Shown here: piece by piece, positions 59,186 through 64,000 of the stretch
How the letters are laid out: every line of letters begins with the position of its first letter
Numbering within the stretch: the first letter of the stretch is position 1
Source: Hydrolagus colliei
Lineage: Eukaryota
Reading direction: 5' to 3'
DNA length: 64,000 bases
Assembly (NCBI GenBank): GCA_035084275.1
Contig: CM068756.1
Span: forward strand, 14,818,001 to 14,882,000
The notes under the pieces: generated by a model
Seen by the model: the letters and a program-made list of their open reading frames with translations, nothing else
Database searches by the model: none
Told to the model about the DNA's origin: nothing
Translations under genes and position numbers: made by a program

Positions 59186-61833
59186 CAAGGCCGTACGCAG
59201 GGGGGGTGCGACGGGTGCGTATGCACCCCCCCAAATTATAAAAGGTCCACATTTTCCGGGGTAGAGAATTGCATTTTTTTATCAAATTTATATACCAAGT
59301 AAATTTATTGAACATTTGTGCAACAATCAGTTCTTCAAAACTATGTATAAATTATAAACACACATCTTTGAATGATTTAGTATTAATATAAAATTATCGA
59401 GTCGCGCACCAGAATCGGCGTCTACCCAAAACATACCGCGTCGATAGACCAGTCCATGACGCGGCGAGTCTGTGACTCGTGATTGGATAAACATAGGCGC
59501 CAAGACTCAAATCCTCGTTTGGAAATCATCCCGTAAATAGCCACAAGGGGCAGCACCAATTCTGGAGTTGAAATCATCTTTTCATCTGATCACCGTAAGT
59601 AAAAATGACTCAAGTTTTGAGAGGTGTGACTGTAATGCTAGCAAACAATGACAACATATTTACAAGCTTCTGAGAAATTAAAGCTTTTGAGAACCCAACA
59701 AAAAAGTTATATGTGTCTGGACGGGAATGCCTATCTTTAAAAAAAATACTCATGGACGTAGGCCTAATGCTTTAGCGCCTATTCCACGTGGTGTGTCAAT
59801 CGGAAATCATCCCGTATACAGTCACTACATAAAAAGGTAGCACCACTTTGTGGAAGCTGAAATCGTATTTTAATCTGATAATGTTAGCAATTGATAATAG
59901 TGCCTTAGTACACTGTCGAGACAGCCCAGAGCGCTTCACAGAACGTACTGTAAAGTGGCCAGTTTTTGCCCAGGATTGTCCCACAAACACCGATGGAGTG
60001 AGTCACCGATTTTATTTAGGGGCGTTTGTTGGCCAGGATAACAGGAGAGAGACTTCCCTCCGCTTTTCGAGTAGTGTCAGAGGATCTTTTCACATCCATC
60101 TAAACAGACGGATCAGACCTCGGTTCAGCATCTCAACCAAAATAACAGAGCCTCTAACAATGGGACCCCCCCCCCCCCCACAGCACCACATTGAAGTGTC
60201 AGCTTCCTCTGTGTGATACCGAGTGCCGACGTGGGGTTTGAACCCACAACTTTCTGACTCAGAGGCCAGAGTGCTATTCACTGTGCCAGGCGACTCGCCA
60301 GGTGATGCTGCTGTCTTCTATCACCTGTGGGAAACTTTCTTTCCCTCCTACTCAGTGCCTCTGAATCTGAAGACATTCCCAAGGTCGAGGTTGCATATCT
60401 GACTGATTGACAACTGAGATTTCTTTTCAGGGTTTGTGGGCAGTGTCACGTAATTGGCTATAACTTAAAGGATTGTTAACCTGCACCTGTTAGAGTTGAG
60501 GTCCCCAGAACTGCTGCCTCACACCAGCGGGATATAAAGGACAGGTGCAGTCGAGTCTGCAAAGCAACAGCTCTTCCTACACAAATCTCTTCAACGTGAC
60601 TCCTCTGAAAGTCACTCTTTCTCTCTTTGAATAATAATATAATCCGTGCATTTCATGTAGCGAGGTAGGTTAGGGTCGGTCTACCTCGTGTTCTGTGACC
60701 GTGCAATGGTTCCCATAGGATAGTAGCACTATGGACAGTTTCCTCCCGGCTTCTCCAGCTATGTCCGCTAAACCTAAGACGCCTCTGCGGTAATGTCTGT
60801 GATACCAGTGTGGTGGTGTACCATATAGCTCACTATTTGTCAGATGCTGTCGCCAGTAAACGTTCATGGCGTCTCTTAGAAGCCTGGTATATACCTCACG
60901 AGTCACCTAATCTCCTGGTCGAGGTTTGCCTAAGTGTCCAGCATTCTGCTCCGTTTAGGAGCGACTTTCAGCCCTCGCGTTAATGCACATTCATTATAAT
61001 ATGGAAATCGATATTGGTAGAGCGGTTGACGTATTGGCTTCAAAGCGACCGAGGCGTCTCGAATACGGAACGCTATTAAAGAATTAATTTCCCCTCCCTT
61101 ATTTTTTCAAGTATTTTTTCGTCAGATCAGTATTGCTTGATGCCTTTAATTTTGATTCTAAATAAATAAATAAAAACTAACTACACTATTGCTCACAGTT
61201 CAACGATATTTTCAGGATAATGCTGATAACAGGCTTGTAACACGTGTGAATTAACTGTTTGACACTGATTTTCAGTTTCTGTATATTTTCTTGTCTTTTA
61301 TAAAATTTGCTTTGCTGGAATATCTGAGCACATCATTCATACTTTACTCTTACATTATTGTTCATTACAGTCCGAAAGAAATTTAGTCTTAGGATAACAA
61401 TGCAGAACAACTTATTAATTACCGTCAATCTGTAGTTTATGATCATTTTCTCTATACGCATACATTTATCAAGCATTCGTCATTGTACTGTGTTAATTGG
61501 ATTGTAATTTACTTTATCGTTCGCATTCCTTACATCATCGAGTCAACAATCATGTTTGCTTTTATCGGCGAACACATTCGACCTTCCCAATTAGACACGG
61601 ACTACCGGGGAAAATATAAACACTGAATAAATAATGATGCTCTTAAACACCAAGGGCATGAAACATTTACCGTTCATATTAGATCTTCTGAACCGATTAA
61701 ATAAGACCTCAAACTGTGTAAAACGTCGGAGACTTCGAGGGGGCTTCGGGGGCAGCCCGCAAACCCCTGGCCATTGTTGGTCCCATCACTAGCAATTCGC
61801 ACCCCCCCAAAAAAAATCCTGCGTACGGCCCTG
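59186..61833 (-). mobile_element. TIR transposon copy 3; near-identical inverted copy of 1437-4073
   Basis: Same TIRs, same nested SINE and RTE cargo; no target-site duplication of its own (TGGAC / GTTCA). Confidence 0.9.
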
Positions 61834-62509
61834 GTTCATCATTGAATGCTTGACCATATTGATAGTCTTCCAATATTTTAAGTATTCTGAGACGCCTTCC
61901 GGCATGGAGGGCACTATATAAATCGAAGTTATTTTTGTTATTGTTATTTTATTTAACGAAATTCAAGATCATGAATACAAATTTGATGATTTCAGGAACA
62001 ATATATGTTCCTTTGTGTTCAGCATATTCAGTGACCTGGGACGTCCTCCCGACGTGAAAGGCCATCTAAAAACGTAATTTTGTTGTTGTGTTCTAACGAA
62101 GGAACATAGACCCGAAATGTTGATTCACTTTCCTTTCTCCATGATGATTTGTCGGACGCTGCTGTGCACAATTGGCTGCCATGTTTCGTCCACAAATATA
62201 CAGTCAATTCAATTTACAGTATATTCTGTGAAACGCTTTGAGACGTATAGACGATGCGACACGCGCTATATCAAAGTGCAAAGATTATTATTCTTAGTTG
62301 AATCGGTGGAGAGGTAATTGTTTGACATATATTACTGGGAGTTGATGCCACTGAAAAGTCCAGCATTATCCATGCACAAATGGTGTTCTGCATTCAATGA
62401 TAACTTGTGACTCCCCCAGCCAGTTTATTAAATGGCAACATTTCAGTTAAACATGAGCAGCCCACAGCACTGATGATTCTATCTTTGCTCGTAGCATTCA
62501 AAGTAAGAA

Positions 62510-62810
62510 TAATAATAATAATGCCTGCATTTGAAATAGCGCTTTACACATCGTATCGACATCTCAAAGCGCTTCACAGAATACCTTATACTGTAAAGAG
62601 AATTGACTGTATATTTGTGAGCGAAACGCGGCAGCCAACCGCCAAACATTCGTGGATTGAAATTACCAATTTTATGATTGTGGGTTTTTTGACAGATTAT
62701 TATTATTTGTGTGGAGTAAGGAAACTTGCCCAAGGTTTCGTCCTGACCTGCCTGGATTCGAACACAGGTCTCACGCTTGTAAGGCGAGTGCTCTAACCAC
62801 TGAGCTCCTC
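62510..62810 (-). mobile_element. tRNA-derived SINE with L2 tail
   Basis: Full match to the family: (AAT)n tail, core, GGATTCGAAC B-box, CTCTAACCACTGAGCT A-box. Confidence 0.87.
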
Positions 62811-64000
62811 AGTTTTATTGAAATGTTTCGGTTTCGATTCAGCGCGTTGCTAATATTACTCGTGTCTGGCATCCTTGTAGATTATTTCAAAATTAATCCT
62901 CTATGTAGCGGTAAGTCATTAATTGATTTGGGATGCTGCCGACCTGAATTTTAAAATCGTGGCTGAGTATAGAATAACTGACCTAAAGTGAGCTGTTGAA
63001 ACATATTGAGGCTGTGCGTTAGCAAGTAAAAATGAAGAAATTGTACTGGCAAGTTGAAGCAATCACTGCTGTGTGGTGGATTGCACCCAAAATAACCAGA
63101 AGCAATTTCTTTATTTTGTAAAGAATAATATGAATATTTTGTTGTTGAAAATCTGACATTGTCACGTATATTCGAGACCTCCCAACCTTTAAGTATCAGA
63201 TCACTATTTGATTGGCATGACTTTGAACGCATTATAATTGCGGTGTCAGATGAAGCGTCAACCCTGATGATAACTGATATTTTTCTTTAATGTTCTGATC
63301 AATTATTGATTGTGATTGTCATTTGTTTCCTTCCTGATTGCTGAGTTCCCAATCAATCTGATTTGGCAATCATCTGACAAAATGTTCGCATAACGTTTTG
63401 CAAAATAGCTTTTTCTTTCCATAAACTGTTGGTTTCTAATATATTCTACATAAGGATCAAATTGTGCCGAAAACAGTGATTAATGCGGACACTCCAAATG
63501 TAGCGGAATCCAGAGGTTTGAGTCCGCGCTGATGGAGGAAGTGGAAGTGGGAAGCGGGAAGCGGGTTTGGGGCGAAAGATAACGGAAGGCAGCTTGACAT
63601 CGCAATTTTGTATGAAATGCAAGAATCCATGAAATCAAAAGGCTAATTATTCAACAATACAGTATTGATAAATATATATGTTATTATAGGAACAAAGTAT
63701 GAGACATCAATGATAACAGGAACATTGAAGAACCGGAAGAGAATCTCCAGTATACGTCCAACTTAAATTATTAAATAAATATAAATAATGTTACACACGA
63801 ATACTAATTGTAGATTACTTGTGCCTATAAATTACCAAATGATGCAAAATAACTGCGGCTCGAATTCAATATATTATACTGTATTTGCAGATTTTAGAAC
63901 ATAGGACAGGCTTTGCATAACTGTAAGCGTTTCCAATATTAACATGAACTTTGTATTTTAATTATTTTAAGTAATAGGTTAAGATCAATCTCGAGCGGTT

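Noticed and set aside
1437-61833. An inversion has already occurred between transposon copies 1 and 3
   Set aside because: Copy 1 retains matching TCAAG repeats on both sides; a single inversion would have swapped one flank.

Overview
Eukaryotic (vertebrate) genomic DNA, most likely a cartilaginous fish. This is inferred from tRNA-headed SINEs with L2 tails, Deu-domain SINEs and CR1/L2 LINEs; the species cannot be fixed from the sequence. The core is a minus-strand tandem cluster of non-rearranging immunoglobulin-superfamily receptor genes with the layout leader / V exon with germline-joined J-like end / C1-set exon / TM / 44-nt linker / 111-nt phase-0 tyrosine-motif exons. There are three multi-exon genes, here A (10.7-19.8 kb), B (29.4-35.1 kb) and C (49.5-55.7 kb), plus V-less pseudogene relics (8.2-9.6, 24.05-24.4, 37.8-38.7, 41.6-41.8, 58.8-59.0 kb). 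Gene A has amplified its cytoplasmic tail to nine 111-nt exons, arranged (X-Y-Z)x3. Three young copies of a ~2.2-2.6 kb non-autonomous TIR transposon carry captured RTE, SINE and promoter-like cargo, and two of them bracket the cluster as an inverted pair. A CpG-rich patch at 6.5-7.0 kb fuses UQCC2 exon 1 to a histone H2B C-terminus in one open frame. Exon coordinates were derived by hand from GT/AG sites, phase and paralog comparison, with no transcript or database evidence. Most ORF-track entries are LINE fragments or chance ORFs.
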